Shown here one piece after another: positions 1-12,893 of a stretch of DNA of 64,000 nucleotides. Position numbers and translations under genes: made by a program. Each line of letters begins with the position of its first letter. The first letter of the stretch is position 1. The notes under the pieces were generated by a model. That model saw only the letters and a list, made by a program, of their open reading frames with translations, had not been told where the DNA came from and did no database searches. Source of the DNA: Chrysomallon squamiferum (Eukaryota; Animalia; Mollusca); contig CM022678.1 of NCBI GenBank assembly GCA_012295275.1, forward strand, positions 12,524,001 to 12,588,000. The letters run 5' to 3'.

Positions 1-965
1 GGTAAGAACTCCATTTTGTTTTATAAAAGTTGCATTTAATCTCTCTCTCATTATTATTATTAATGTATTTATTTATTTATTTATTTTTATTAAAAGTAGT
101 GTTTGGCGATATGCTGTCGCATTGATCCTTCTCAATGTCAGTTTCAGATTATTTTATCAAAGGTCGTGGTATCTGGTTAGTAGTTACCGGGATAATGTAC
201 CCGTCCCGCTGCGTCAAAACATTTATTTTCTTCCATTCTGTTAATGCTTAAACCATACGAACTGAATCTAGAAAACTGTAGATTTAAAATGTGTACAGTT
301 CGATCTAAATAAAGTATTTTGTACTCATTCAGCAGCAATGTCATTCTATACAATCGTAACAATCTACAATCATACAATGTATTCAAATGTGACTTCATTA
401 TCATCAAAATAAACACATCTACTTCCGTTCCGTTTTAAATTGTTCAAGGGTCGGCTTACTAAAGATATTACTTAGCATGGCAGGAACAGTGATGTGAGAA
501 ATTACCTGCAGGACTTACGACATAACAAACTTAAAAATTTTAGTTTTTATTCTATTTATTTATTTACTTATTCAGTAGCAATATAATTTGTTTATTTTGA
601 GATTTTTAAAACCTGACTTCGTAATCATTCTACTGAACACATTACTTCGCTCTAGGTCACGTTTCGAGTTTGCTCGATCGTGAAAATGTGGGCTGGGTTA
701 CGTAGCATGACACGAATAGTGGTGTGCATAATTACCTTGCAGCATTCATGGACATTCACATATGTTCAGTTTGTAGTAGTCCTGCAAATAAATAAACAAA
801 TAAACAGTTTACATAGTATATATAAATATATGATATATTCTAACATATTTATTGTTTCATTTATTTGTTTGTATAGACGGTTGGCCGTTTGAATTAAGTG
901 CAATTAATGTGTAATTTTTGCCTCTAGTCAGTTGTTTTCAACTGCTATTCTTCATTATCTCATAT

Positions 966-1008
<43 letters not shown>

Positions 1009-1190
1009 TAGTTACATTTTTCTTTCTCTATATTTTCTTTTTCTAACATTCTCTCATTCTTGTATTATTATTGTTATTATTATTTAGTTACATTTTCCTT
1101 TTTATATAATTTCTTTTTGTAACTTTCTCTCATTCTTCCCTGTTCTTGCTATTATTATTATTATTATTATTATTAATATTATTCACAGAT

Positions 1191-3038
1191 ATGGCAACAG
1201 CTTCAAACTTTGATGATAATTTATCTTGCTGTCTTTGCATTGACATTTTCGACAAGCCACGAGTTCTTTCTTGTGGACATTCATTTTGTTCTAAATGCCT
1301 GCAGGACTTCATCAGTCACAATTACAACAACGATGATACAGAAATAAGCTGCCCATTCTGCAGGCAGAACGAAACCAGTGTATACGTGGGCAGCTCAGTT
1401 TCCTATAAACAAGGTACTGGTCGATGCCATTAATGATCAGCTACAATTAAAGTTTTGTGAGTCAGCTGTGTTTAGGTTTATTACAATAAAATAATTAAAA
1501 CAGATACAGTGATTATTTAACTGAAAATATTTATGTCGAGTATTAACCATTGCAGCATAAAGGAATAAAGGACACTTTTTCCATAACATTTTTCTACTAG
1601 CATTTTAAATTAGTTGATAAAATCAATTCTATAGTTCTTCATATTGCATGAATATCTTTATTAATAGTAGTAATACTAGTTCTGTTATTATTATTATTAA
1701 TATTATTATTTGTTTATTTACCTCAGATAAAAAGGGAGGTCACATTTCACTTTTGAGTTCTGTTTCTGAGAGTCTCAAAAACTTTAAAGAAATTCTTCAG
1801 ACAGAGATGGATGATAAGATTGAGCAACTTTGCCAAGCCGTCGATATCAACGTCATGGACACTGCAGAAGAGGTCAGAAGGATTGGTAACACACTAATCA
1901 CAGATTTCACAGCCGCAGTCCACAAACAACAAGATAGGCTAATAAGAGAAATAGAAAAATCTCAGAACTTTGTAAACTCAGAAATAGACAAATTGTTCAG
2001 AGAACACAAACATCTGATTGATGAAAATGAAAAGTTGATAAAACTGGGTGAACATTTGCTAAAAGAAAAATCAGAGTCAGACATAAAATTAAACCTTCCA
2101 AAATTCACCAAACTTACAAACACAACTTCAAAGTTTCTGTCAATATCTCTTTTACAACTGGAAAAAGCAGAATTCAAAATAATTCTCAGAAAATCTCATA
2201 AAAAGAAAGAAATGTTTGTGCACATTGGCGAAATTTCCACAAATCTCCAAACAGACACACAGATAGACAGAGTGACAAATACACTCAAACACACAGTCAC
2301 CATTAACACAAAAACACAAGAAGATGAAAACAATCCTCTTGTGTATTCCATCCTGGTGTCAGGTGAGGACAAGAGTAAAATTGTTGTTAGTGATAGTAGG
2401 AATAGATGTGTAAAGTGTTTTTGTTTAACATGTAAATCACTGATAAACAAATACATAACTTCCTCTCGACCACACGGTCTTGCAGAATCATGTGATCAGC
2501 AGGGTGATGTTGTTGTTGTTCTGCCAGGTGAAAAGAAAATATTATTTTTAAATTCAGGAAACTTCAAACCGATCAAAACAATTAGAACTGATAAAAAGTA
2601 TGACTATATCGCTGTATTATCTGGCAACCATCTCGAGGTCACTGAGTGGTTTAATCAGTGCTTTGACATACTGACAGACAGTGGTCAGCTCGTTAATTCT
2701 ATCTCAGCAGATTTGATTCCTGAACCGCTGTATCTCATAGTTCATGATCAGTGTCTGGTTGTTGTGTAATGTCATCAGGTGATGTCAAATGGGAGTCACA
2801 TGATTCAGACAAACTGAGAGACTTGAGAGTTGTTACATGTGACAGGAAGGGAAATATTTTTGTTTGTGACAGTGATATAAATTGTGTTGTTCAGTTGTCA
2901 TGAGATGGTAACATTACACGTGACATCCTCACTGACCAGGATGGACTGTCCGAACCTTGGTGTGTCTGTTGTGATGACAACAAACTCTATGTGGAACAGA
3001 ACAGAGAAATACAAATATTTACTTGGTGTAAAAAGTAA
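1191..3038 (+). pseudogene. TRIM-like RING / coiled-coil / NHL-type beta-propeller E3 ligase, probable pseudogene (2 exons: 1191-1456, 1727-3038)
   Basis: ATG 1191 follows the acceptor CAG at 1186-1188. C3HC4 RING: CCLC...CGHSFCSKC...CPFCR. The post-RING motif KPVYTWAAQFPINKVL lies in a shifted frame (frameshift ~1370). Donor GTGAGT 1457 joins in phase 1 to acceptor 1726. A coiled coil and propeller blades follow (IVVSDSRNRCVK, PHGLA). There is a second frameshift near 2762, then VTCDRKGNIFVCD, an in-frame TGA at 2901 and the natural end TWCKK-TAA at 3038. No intact B-box seen. Confidence 0.85.
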
Positions 3039-3171
3039 ACTTCAAACTGTCTGCTAACTTAGTTCACATTAACTGTTTTGAAGTTGAACGTCCACAGACA
3101 TTTCTTTCTTTACATGAACTGATAAATAAACAGGAAATCAGTTAGTTATTTACTGTTAAGTAGTAATAGAT

Positions 3172-3202
<31 letters not shown>

Positions 3203-3576
3203 GTTATTTATTATTTATTTATTCTTAATTAATGTCTTGTTTAACCTTACTAAATTACAAGATAAATTTTCAGAACAAATCAGTTATATTATTTATTGTA
3301 ACATAATTAATTTAGTTAATTTGTTTGTTTACCTTTTTTCTAAGTATATTTATTCTTAATTAATGTCTTGTTTACGAGATAAAGTTCAAAACAAACTGAT
3401 TTATTTTTTAAATTTTCACCCATTTTTGCCATTTAAATCTCTCCTTCCTTTCATCTAAACTATTGTTATTTTTGTTAAGTAGTTTATTTCAAATAATTGT
3501 ATGATATTTAAAATATAGTTGTACATACTCAAGTGTAAACAAACAAAATTGCAATAAAATATTCATATGGTAATAA

Positions 3577-3607
<31 letters not shown>

Positions 3608-5039
3608 CTCTCCTGTAATATAATTAATGTGTATAATATCAATAATGTGGTACAAAGACGTCAGTAGTTCACTGTTGAGATTTATTATTAACAGCTAATA
3701 CAGATTATTATTTTAGTGGATCCCAACATTTTCAAGTATTCTTCTTTTTCTTTTTATTCTGCTTTATAAAATTCTCTCTTCAGACATTAAGTTAATTTTA
3801 AAAAGTGTTTAAAGCAAAACAAACAAACAAACAAAAGTAAGGAAGTAATAAATCACACACACACACACACACATTCTTTTTTGATTTGTTTTTATTATTT
3901 TTTTTATTTCATTTGATTTAATTATATATATTTTTTTAGTTCACTATTCAATATTAAACAAAACAGAAATGAGTTTTAGTTTTTCTTTGTTCCATTATTA
4001 TTATTATTACTGATATTGATGTTGGTGTTGTTTTTTTAGAATCACCTGAAAGAACAGCTCACAGATTAGTAGTAAACAATATACATAGTAATAGACATAT
4101 TACAGAAGAAAAAACATAAACAACAATGTACAACTTTACAGATACACACCCACCCGTTCTGCTTTTTCTGGGAAGGGTGGGTGAGGAAGAGTGGGAAGGG
4201 AATGTGGTTGGGATAGCTGGGGTGGGTAGGGCAACCGGTGTTGTGGAAGTAGCAAGTTAGGGTGAGGAAGGTGTCCCATGGCACTATGTTTGATAGTCAT
4301 ATACACTATACTGTTACAACACTGTGCACTGACAAGTTAAAATTCTTCACTGACTTAAGTCCACTCTTTTTTTATTTATTTATTTACTTATTTTATTTTA
4401 TTTTAATATATTTTATTATTATTTTTTTTTTTTAAAGAGGGTGGTTGAACACTCAGATCACTGGCTCCTATTTTTGGATGAGATATTAAACAGCTTTTTC
4501 TTAATTTATATTTTAAGCCTTTACTGGTTTATCACAAACCGTTGTGTGCACTTTCCTACCTATTTGAATAAAATTAGCCTATGAATGGCAGCAATTAAAG
4601 GATTCCTAGATTATAATTATCATGATTGTAAAATCACTGACACCAGTACAGAATAAAATAACCATTTATTCATTCATTCATGTTAAATGTTGACATTTAA
4701 TAACTGTCAAACAGATAAATATAATAATAAGTGGCATTAAATAGATATTCATTCATTTATTTATTCAAGTTGTGCACTAAATATTTAAAGTGAACTATTT
4801 TTGGTTATATAATGGTTAGTCAGAGTTTTGTCCCTTGGTATAAAAGACGTTTCAGTTATCGTCACACCATGCTAATTTCATGTTAATTCTAGTGATTACA
4901 AGCAAAATATTTTTTTTTTACTGAAGATATTATAGTATTAGAGCATTCACTGGGGTGGGAAAAGTTTGCTGGATTCTGTAACCTGACAAACTGAAGAGAA
5001 ACCTATCAATATTACAGTACATATTAACCAGTTTTCACT

Positions 5040-7340
5040 TCACTTATTAAAAATAAGTTATCGTAAATATTATCCTAACTCTTATCATAACCTCTTGTAA
5101 GTTTAATATGAAAAGTCTCTTTATGTAAAGAGATATTTCAACCCATACATAAAATATCAACCTAACCCTAAATGTAACCTTACTTCTAACAACATGTATT
5201 AAATATCTATTGAAATAAAAGTTATTATAAATTTTATCATATCACTCATCAAAAAATGTTCCTCAGTTAACATATTTAGTTATTTTTAAATTTATCATAA
5301 CAATAATTTTATAAAATTCCAAGTCCTAAATTACAAACCTCTTCAGAGAAATAGCTACAATACTCTAACTGCTCCTGGAGCTAAACCAAAACCAAACACT
5401 AATGACAAAATTTTCCAAGTCTTGTATGAAACATCTCTTCAAATAAATAGTTAATAAATTCTAAACACAAATCTGGAGTTAACCCAAACACTAACTACAA
5501 TCTATTATCGTAACCCAAACTGTAACCTTACTTATGACAATATGATAAATTAAGGATTTATTTTACATTTTATCATAAAATTTCCCAAGTTATTTTAAGA
5601 AATAAAGACATTATGAAAGTTACATTAACATTGATCAGAAAATATTCCAAGCTAATTTAAGAAATAAAGTTATTATGAAATTTATCTTAAAACTAATGAC
5701 AAAATCTTTAGTGTCTCATATGAAAGATCTCTTCAGATAAATAGCTACACAATACTAAACTTGCTCAAGGACCTAAATCTAAACGTAAGCATTAACCTAA
5801 CTCTTACTCTAACCCTAAACCTAGCTTCAACCCTTAATCCAAATTGAAACCCCTATTTATAACCTGACCTCTCTTGTAACAAGAAGATAATGATAAGGAT
5901 TTCTTGAAATAAAAGTTTCATCCATGTACCAAATATAAAGATTCCCAAGTTAATTTAAGATATTTTTAGTTTGGATTTTTTTTTAAATATCATTACACCA
6001 ATAATGAAATATCCCATGTTAATTTAAGAAATAAAGTCATTATAAATTTATCATAAATGACAAAATTGTCTAAGTCTTACAAGAAGAGTCTCTTCAGGTG
6101 ACTAGTTATAAAACTCTAAACTTACTACTGGTGCCAAACCTAAACACAAGCCTAACCCTAACCCCAACCCCAACCCTAATTCTAACCCAAACGAAAACCC
6201 CTAATACTAACCCTAACTACAGGGTGTCCACAAAGCCTGGGTACATGGGGAATTTTACTATGTTATTTATTTATGTTATTTTTCTTACCCAGATCGAATG
6301 ATGGCTCTGTCTAAAGAAAAAAGAATCGAGTTGGTACTCTTATTTATTAACATTATTTATTAACATTAGAATTAAATAAAACTATTTTATTTTAAAAGTA
6401 TGTGTTAATCCTTTATGTATCCAGACTTTGTGGACACACTGTATAACCTTTCTTGTAACATGATGATAATGTTAAGGATTTGTTGAAATAAAAGATTTTT
6501 CAATTTTATCCTGACACCAAACATAAAGATTCTCATGTTAATATAAGATATAAAGTTATTTTAAAAATAGATCATAAAGTATCCCAAGTTAATTTAAAAA
6601 CAAGTCATTATGAAATTTACACTAACACTAATGACAAACTTTTGCAAGTCTTATACAAAGAGCTACAGAATAATAAACTTAATGCTAAACCTGAATTTAA
6701 ACCTAATCCTTATTCTAACACTGCCCTATCCATAAACCCTAGTTTAACAATCACCCTAACCCCTAATCCTAACCCATAAAGATTCTCAAGTTAATTTAAT
6801 AATTAAATTATTTTTTAAAATATATCCTAACACTGATCAAAAAAATATCCCAAGTTAATTTAAGAAATAAAGTCATTATGCCGAGCCATAGCCTTTCTTC
6901 TAACAATATTATAAATAAAATATTTGTTGAAAAAGTTATTTTCAATTTTATCCTAACATTAAACTTAAAGATTCCCAAGTTTAGTTAAGAAACAATCCTC
7001 ACCCTAATGACAAAACTTTCCCAGTTTTATACGAAAAGTCTCTTCAGATAAATAACTACAAAACTACTCCTGGATCTAAACCTAAGCCTAAACCTAACCC
7101 TGACCCTAGCCCTAGTCTTAGATCTACCCATAACCATAGCCCCAATCCCCAATCCTAACCCAAGCAATAAACTTGTTTGTTGTAATATGATAAAATCAAG
7201 GATTTATTGTCCTAATACTGATCAAAAAAAGTTTCAAATGAAAAGCCTTTTGATACAGATTAATATATGCCTAACCCAGGAGAAAACTGCTAATACATAA
7301 CGCTAAATCTAAAATTTGTGGACACAACTTCGAACTATCC
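5040..7340. repeat. Degenerate tandem satellite-like array with embedded telomere-like (CCCTAA)n tracts
   Basis: Recurring blocks ATCCCAAGTTAATTTAAGAAATAAAGTCATTATG, AATGACAAAA and TCTCTTCAGATAAATAGCTAC are each followed by CCTAACCCT-rich runs (e.g. ~5790-5850, 6140-6217, 6700-6780, 7080-7165). Boundaries are approximate. Confidence 0.75.
6220..6441 (+). mobile_element. Tc1/mariner-type non-autonomous element (MITE), internally deleted
   Basis: ~27-bp TIRs: CAGGGTGTCCACAAAGCCTGGGTACAT versus the right-end reverse complement CAGTGTGTCCACAAAGTCTGGATACAT. Flanked by TA (6218-19, 6442-43). It retains a transposase-like N-terminus MALSKEKRIELVLL from ATG 6301. Confidence 0.85.
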
Positions 7341-8911
7341 CTAACACTGATTTATTTTTAATTTTTTAAATATTATCTCAATAAGGTTCTATTATAAAAG
7401 TAATCGTACCCTGATCAACTTTTCCTGCAAAATAAAAATATATTTTCTTGAGAGTTGAATACTTAATACCTTTCAAATATATTTTAGGTTTTTAAATTAT
7501 AGTTGTCTTTTTAACTTTATGAACTGATGCAATTATATTTTTTACTAGACAAAATACTGAATTGATTCATTAAATGTGTGAATTTGATTGATAAAAGCCA
7601 CTTTGATATAAATTTATTATTACAGAGAACTACCAAAAGAACAGTTGAAATATAAAGTGTACACACTGAATAAAGAACAAAGAAAGCTGGTAATGTTTCA
7701 AAGTAATTTATGAAATCCTCATATAAATTCATTCTTTGCTTTTATAAACAGAATTAAGTTAATCCTCTGGCAAGCATAGAATGAGATGTTAAGAGAGGAC
7801 TTCCTTTTCTCAGAAACAAATGTTGTCAGTAATTAGCTTTAGTCAGTTTTGTGGCCCTTTATGTTTATATAATCTGAAATAATCAAACATAAAACAGCTC
7901 AGTTAATTTTACAATTATATCTTTGTTTTCTTTTTTTTTCTTTATTTCTTTATTTCTTTATTTTAAATTATTGCACAAGTACAAACATAACTAGATAATC
8001 TTAACTGTTCAGAAGAGAGATTTAGATTAAACTGACAAAAATTTAACTATTTATAATTATAAAAGAAATTATAAAAACGAATAAATAAATAAATAACAGC
8101 AAAGTTTAAAAATAGCAACTTATAATTTATAAATAAAAAGAAACCCAATATAAATACTAATAACCTAAATAAGACAATAAATTCATCAACTGATTGAAAA
8201 ATAAATAAAATATTACCATTACAACGCTGAGATGCACCAGCCATGGTCCAGACGATGTCATTAGACATCACAGCGCAAAGACGACACACCGCTGCATTTA
8301 GAACTACATCCGCTTTTTGCAACAAGTTTTGTCCTAAAGCGACAGTGGCTGCCTAATCGACGTCTGTACTTCAGAACCTCGAAAAACCGCTTGAAATCAG
8401 CAAGGTATGTATCCAGAAGGGTCATAAAATGTCAGCAGTAGACTGACCGCTGTATACAGTTGATGAAAGTTTTGCATTCTGAGAACGTTTCAAGGATGAT
8501 TGCGTAAGGGACTACAGACACAGAAATTCATCCTATACATCCAAGAACATCAGGCCGTACACTGGAGATGTCATGGAACCAGTTGTTGTCTTTCGTTTCG
8601 ACCCGTTTTTCACAAGAACGACAACTCTATATCTCATTGTTCTCGGGAAGTAAAAGCTTACCTCCAAAACAGCGCATTAACACCACTGACTTTCAGAATT
8701 GAATAAATTAAATTATATTAAAGAAACATTTTTCAAAAAAAAAAAAAAAAAAAAAAAAAATTCCGTTATTTATTTTGTGTGCGTTTTTCCATTTATAAAA
8801 CGATATCACATCAAAGTTCTTTTTAAAAATTATTATTATTATTTTTTTTTTTTTATTTGTACCAGTAAAGACTTACTGAGAATGTAAAATATTCCCACTG
8901 TGTGCACACTG

Positions 8912-9095
8912 CAAAATCCGTTAATACTGTTCCGTGTTGTTTTACATATTACAAAATCTGTTAATGCTGTCCCATGTTGACGATGTTTTACATATTACAA
9001 AATCTGTTAATGCTGTCCCATGTTGACGATGTTTTACATATTACAAAATCTGTTAATACTGTCCCATGCTGATGATGTTTTACATATTACAAAAT
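8912..9095. repeat. 46-bp minisatellite, ~4 copies
   Basis: The unit ACAAAATCTGTTAATGCTGTCCCATGTTGACGATGTTTTACATATT starts at 8951, 8997 and 9043, with a shorter diverged copy at 8912. Confidence 0.9.
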
Positions 9096-9716
9096 GAAAA
9101 AAAAAAAAAAAAAATTAAAAAAAGATAAACAACATGAGCAGTATAATGAACACTAATAAGTAAAATAGCAGTAGTAAAAGTATGTTATATTATGCTGTTG
9201 GAAGTACGATTAAAATATAATTTTTTATATAACTGTCACTAAACACATACATAACTACTCCATCAGTTTAATGTAGGAAATCTGCTTGTCATCCATTACA
9301 AAAAATTAAAGTTATTTTATTCTCACGGTAAATCACGTGAAGGAAATATTTACTTTCTACAGTAATCTTTTTTCCAAGAAAAGTGTTTTTTACAGTGAAT
9401 TATTTTTAACAAAACCTACGTAAAACAAAACAAACGATATATCGGAGCATACCATATACCAGTATTAGTGTGTCAAAAACACATAGCAGTATCAGCTGTT
9501 TAATTAAAATAACAACGACGACAATGAGAACAACAACAACAACAATAATGGTAAATAAATAAATAAATGACAAAGACCAAGGAATCGCTATGCTATTACG
9601 TGTCTACGTTCACAGATCTATGTATCTCGCAGTGGGTCAGTAGTTAAGTCTAAAAACTCGTTTAATCAAAATTTCCAGTCTTTTCACTCAGAACGAGTAT
9701 TATAAAGTGATGAATT

Positions 9717-9766
<50 letters not shown>

Positions 9767-10043
9767 TAATAATAATAAATCTAACATAAATAATTATGTC
9801 TGCAACTATAACTAAGTCCATTTGTCTTTCAGTCTATTACACAAAAAGCCAAAAATAAAGATTTAGTAAATTTGTCAAATTTGATATTTGTATCTAAGTG
9901 TTAAACGTTACAACTGCTGTCACTGTGATAGACACGCCTATTAAGACAGTATGCTACAACACGTACACTTTAAAAATAATATCCACACCTGAATCAAATC
10001 AACTCTCATACACTCCAGGTAAGTCTAAATTATTTTCTCTCCT

Positions 10044-10087
<44 letters not shown>

Positions 10088-10194
10088 TTTTTTTTTTTTT
10101 TATTGTAATACGATATATACAATTTATTGGTAAATATTCACTCAGTGAACGGCAAACTATGACTCTCTATTTTAATATATTTTTATATGTTTCT

Positions 10195-10445
10195 GTGTGT
10201 GTGTGTGTGTGACTTTATAAGCCTGTCTATATAACTACCTGTCGCTCTCTCTCTCTATGTATGTTTGTATGTACATATGTGTGTGTGTGTGTATATATGT
10301 ATGTGTGTGTGTATGTGTGTGAGTGTGTGTGTGTGTGACTATATAAGCCTGTCTATATAACTACCTGTCGCTCTCTCTCTCTTTGTATGTTTGTATGTAC
10401 ATATGTGTGTGTGTACGTGTGTGTGTGTGTGTGTGTGTATATGTA
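10195..10445. repeat. Local tandem duplication (~127 bp) mixed with (TG)n/(CT)n
   Basis: GACT(T/A)TATAAGCCTGTCTATATAACTACCTGTCGCTCTCTCTCTCT...GTATGTTTGTATGTACATATGTGTG occurs at ~10211 and ~10337. Confidence 0.8.
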
Positions 10446-10496
10446 TATAAAATTTATTTGTTAAATTATCGGCCTAGTATCTTTGTTACAACAGTC

Positions 10497-10979
10497 ATGA
10501 CGTCAAAACTTCGTTACGTCGTGCTTGGGGCGTGTTTTCTAGTCAACTTCATCGTTCTGGGTTTTGCTGTTGGTTTGGGAGTCATCTTCGTCGACTTGGT
10601 GAGCCAGTTTGGCACGACCAGAGCGGAAATGGCCACGATGCAGTCGCTCTGCGCAGGCTTAATTTTCGCAGGGGGTAAGAATATGACGTAATAAAAACGA
10701 TAATGGTTAACACCTTTATTTCTTTCTTCTTGATATTATCCTATTTCGCTTTCTTATTTTGTGGTTGTTGATGATCATGTTACTGTTGCTGCTGCTGTTG
10801 CTATTATTACTTCTACGGTTACTTTTGTACTACTACTGCTACTTTTACTCTCATTACTACCATTCCTCTGGAGGCTGGATTTTATGAATCATATTTCATC
10901 AGCTTTCATTATTTATCTATTTATTTATTTACGTATTATTTATTTATTTATATATTTATTATTATTGTTCATGTAATTG

Positions 10980-11033
<54 letters not shown>

Positions 11034-12802
11034 GATTATTATTATTATTATGCAGCTTTGATTGCTTCCCCTTTCGTCCGATGGTTGGGACCGACGGTTT
11101 GTTGCATTGTGGGAGGTTTTGTGTCTGGTTCCTGTGTTTTGGTCGCTTCTTTTTTGTCGAGTATACCAGGTCTGATCCTTTTGGTTGGGTTTGTGACAGG
11201 TATGTTTGTACTTTACATATTTGTATGCGTACGATTTTATGTGCGTGCTGGAGTGTTTGCACAGCCTTCGCCTGTGTCTGAAAGGTTGTGCAGCAAACAA
11301 GGATGTATTTGCTTTATTTTCTTTTGTTTCTGTTAATTTATTATTATTATTTTTTTTTTTTTGTGTGGCTTTTATTTATTGTTATTTTTGTTTAAAGTTT
11401 AATTTTTGTTGTTATCATTTTCAGGATTAAGTCTTTGTTTCTGTCACCTGGTATCCTACGTCACAATCAGTCAGGTATTCTGGGACCGGTCTGGATTCGG
11501 GGAAGCGGTGATAATGGCTGGAGCGGGACTGGGTATGTTCTGTATGCCAATGGTGAACAATCTTTTACTGGAGGAGTACGGGTGGAGGGGGACGTTTCTC
11601 TTGCTCAGTGGTTTTCTCTACAACATCTGTATGCTTGGAATGGTCACGCACACTTTTAAACACAAGTGTTTCCGCGCCGAACGCAAAGAAAGAATTACAG
11701 ACTGTCGGAAAGCACAAGACGCGAAACAGTCTAGTGGAATTGAGGCGGAAGTAAGTCGTCATAGAGATCACCAGAAGGAAAACGAGATTAACTTGACAGA
11801 TTCTCGATTTGTTCAAAACACAAAACATGACGTTAAACACTCCAGTCAAATTCCCTCGGAAACGAATTGCAATGGAGACCAACAGGAGCATAGCGACAAA
11901 AGTGTTCATTTGAAGCATACTTCAACTGATTCTCAATTACATAATAAAACGAAAGATGATGTAAGACAATCTGCAGGGGATCAGCGTGGTTGTCCTGGAG
12001 ACCAACACAAATCTTATGACGTACAACAAGTACAAAAAGATAAAGAGAAGAAAGTAGATGAAAATTGCGAAGTAGACAGGAAAGTAGATTACACCAAACA
12101 GAGTAGAAATCTTCCTGGTCGTTCAGGTGAAGAAAATCTGTCTTTTGAAAACGACGAGAACCTGCTCAGAAATAATCAACAAGTGACTACTACAAATGGT
12201 AACCAGGCAACGAAGCAAACAGGCGAGAAACACGAAGATACAAGTAGCACGAAAGTCTGCTTTGAAGAGTCAAATGCAGTTCGACGCGAAAACAGGATGA
12301 GGACTCTGTATACATATTTGGGCTTGAAGGTTTTCAAAAACATAAGATTTACCGTCCTTCTTTTAGAACAGATCCCGATGTGGCTGTGTCTAACATCCGA
12401 ACTGTTTCTCATAGTAGACGTAGTCATAGAAAAAGGATACGATTTGGAATCAGGTTCTTATTTCCTCTCTGCCTTCTCCATTGCATCTGTTACAGGGAAT
12501 CTGTTTGGTGGATGCATAACGTCCATTTTTAAAGTACGTGGCTTCCCATTGGCTGGAGCAGCTGCTTGCTGCGGAAGCGCACTTGCTTTGGTCATCTCCT
12601 TCGTTGGTGATTTCATCCCGCTGATGCTCTTGGTGGTTTTGGCTGGATTTTGTTTCGGTCTTATCGCGCTATGTGTTCCGGTGATGGTTCTAGAACTGCT
12701 TGACGCAGACGTCTACGCCACGTCACTTGGTCTTCTGTTTGGGACGTCTGGATTTTCAGACCTCATAAGTGGGCCGATGGGTGGTAAGTTAAGTAGAGAG
12801 AG

Positions 12803-12893
<91 letters not shown>

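Noticed and set aside
177-416. Minus-strand 79-aa ORF
   Set aside because: No recognisable motif, non-ATG start, and no linked exons established.
8912-9095. Regular 46-bp repeats as a CRISPR array
   Set aside because: The units are head-to-tail with no unique spacers, the context is eukaryotic and there are no cas genes.
8907-9397. CACTG...CAGTG-terminated (CACTA-like) element around the minisatellite
   Set aside because: Only ~9 bp of imperfect terminal match and no matching TSD.
10497-10506. CRE TGACGTCA at the MCT start (both copies)
   Set aside because: It overlaps the Met-Thr-Ser codons and is explained by coding sequence.
11435-12427. Overlapping and antisense ORFs within the MCT exons (also 18425-19437)
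   Set aside because: Shadows of the transporter CDS, duplicated only because the gene is duplicated.
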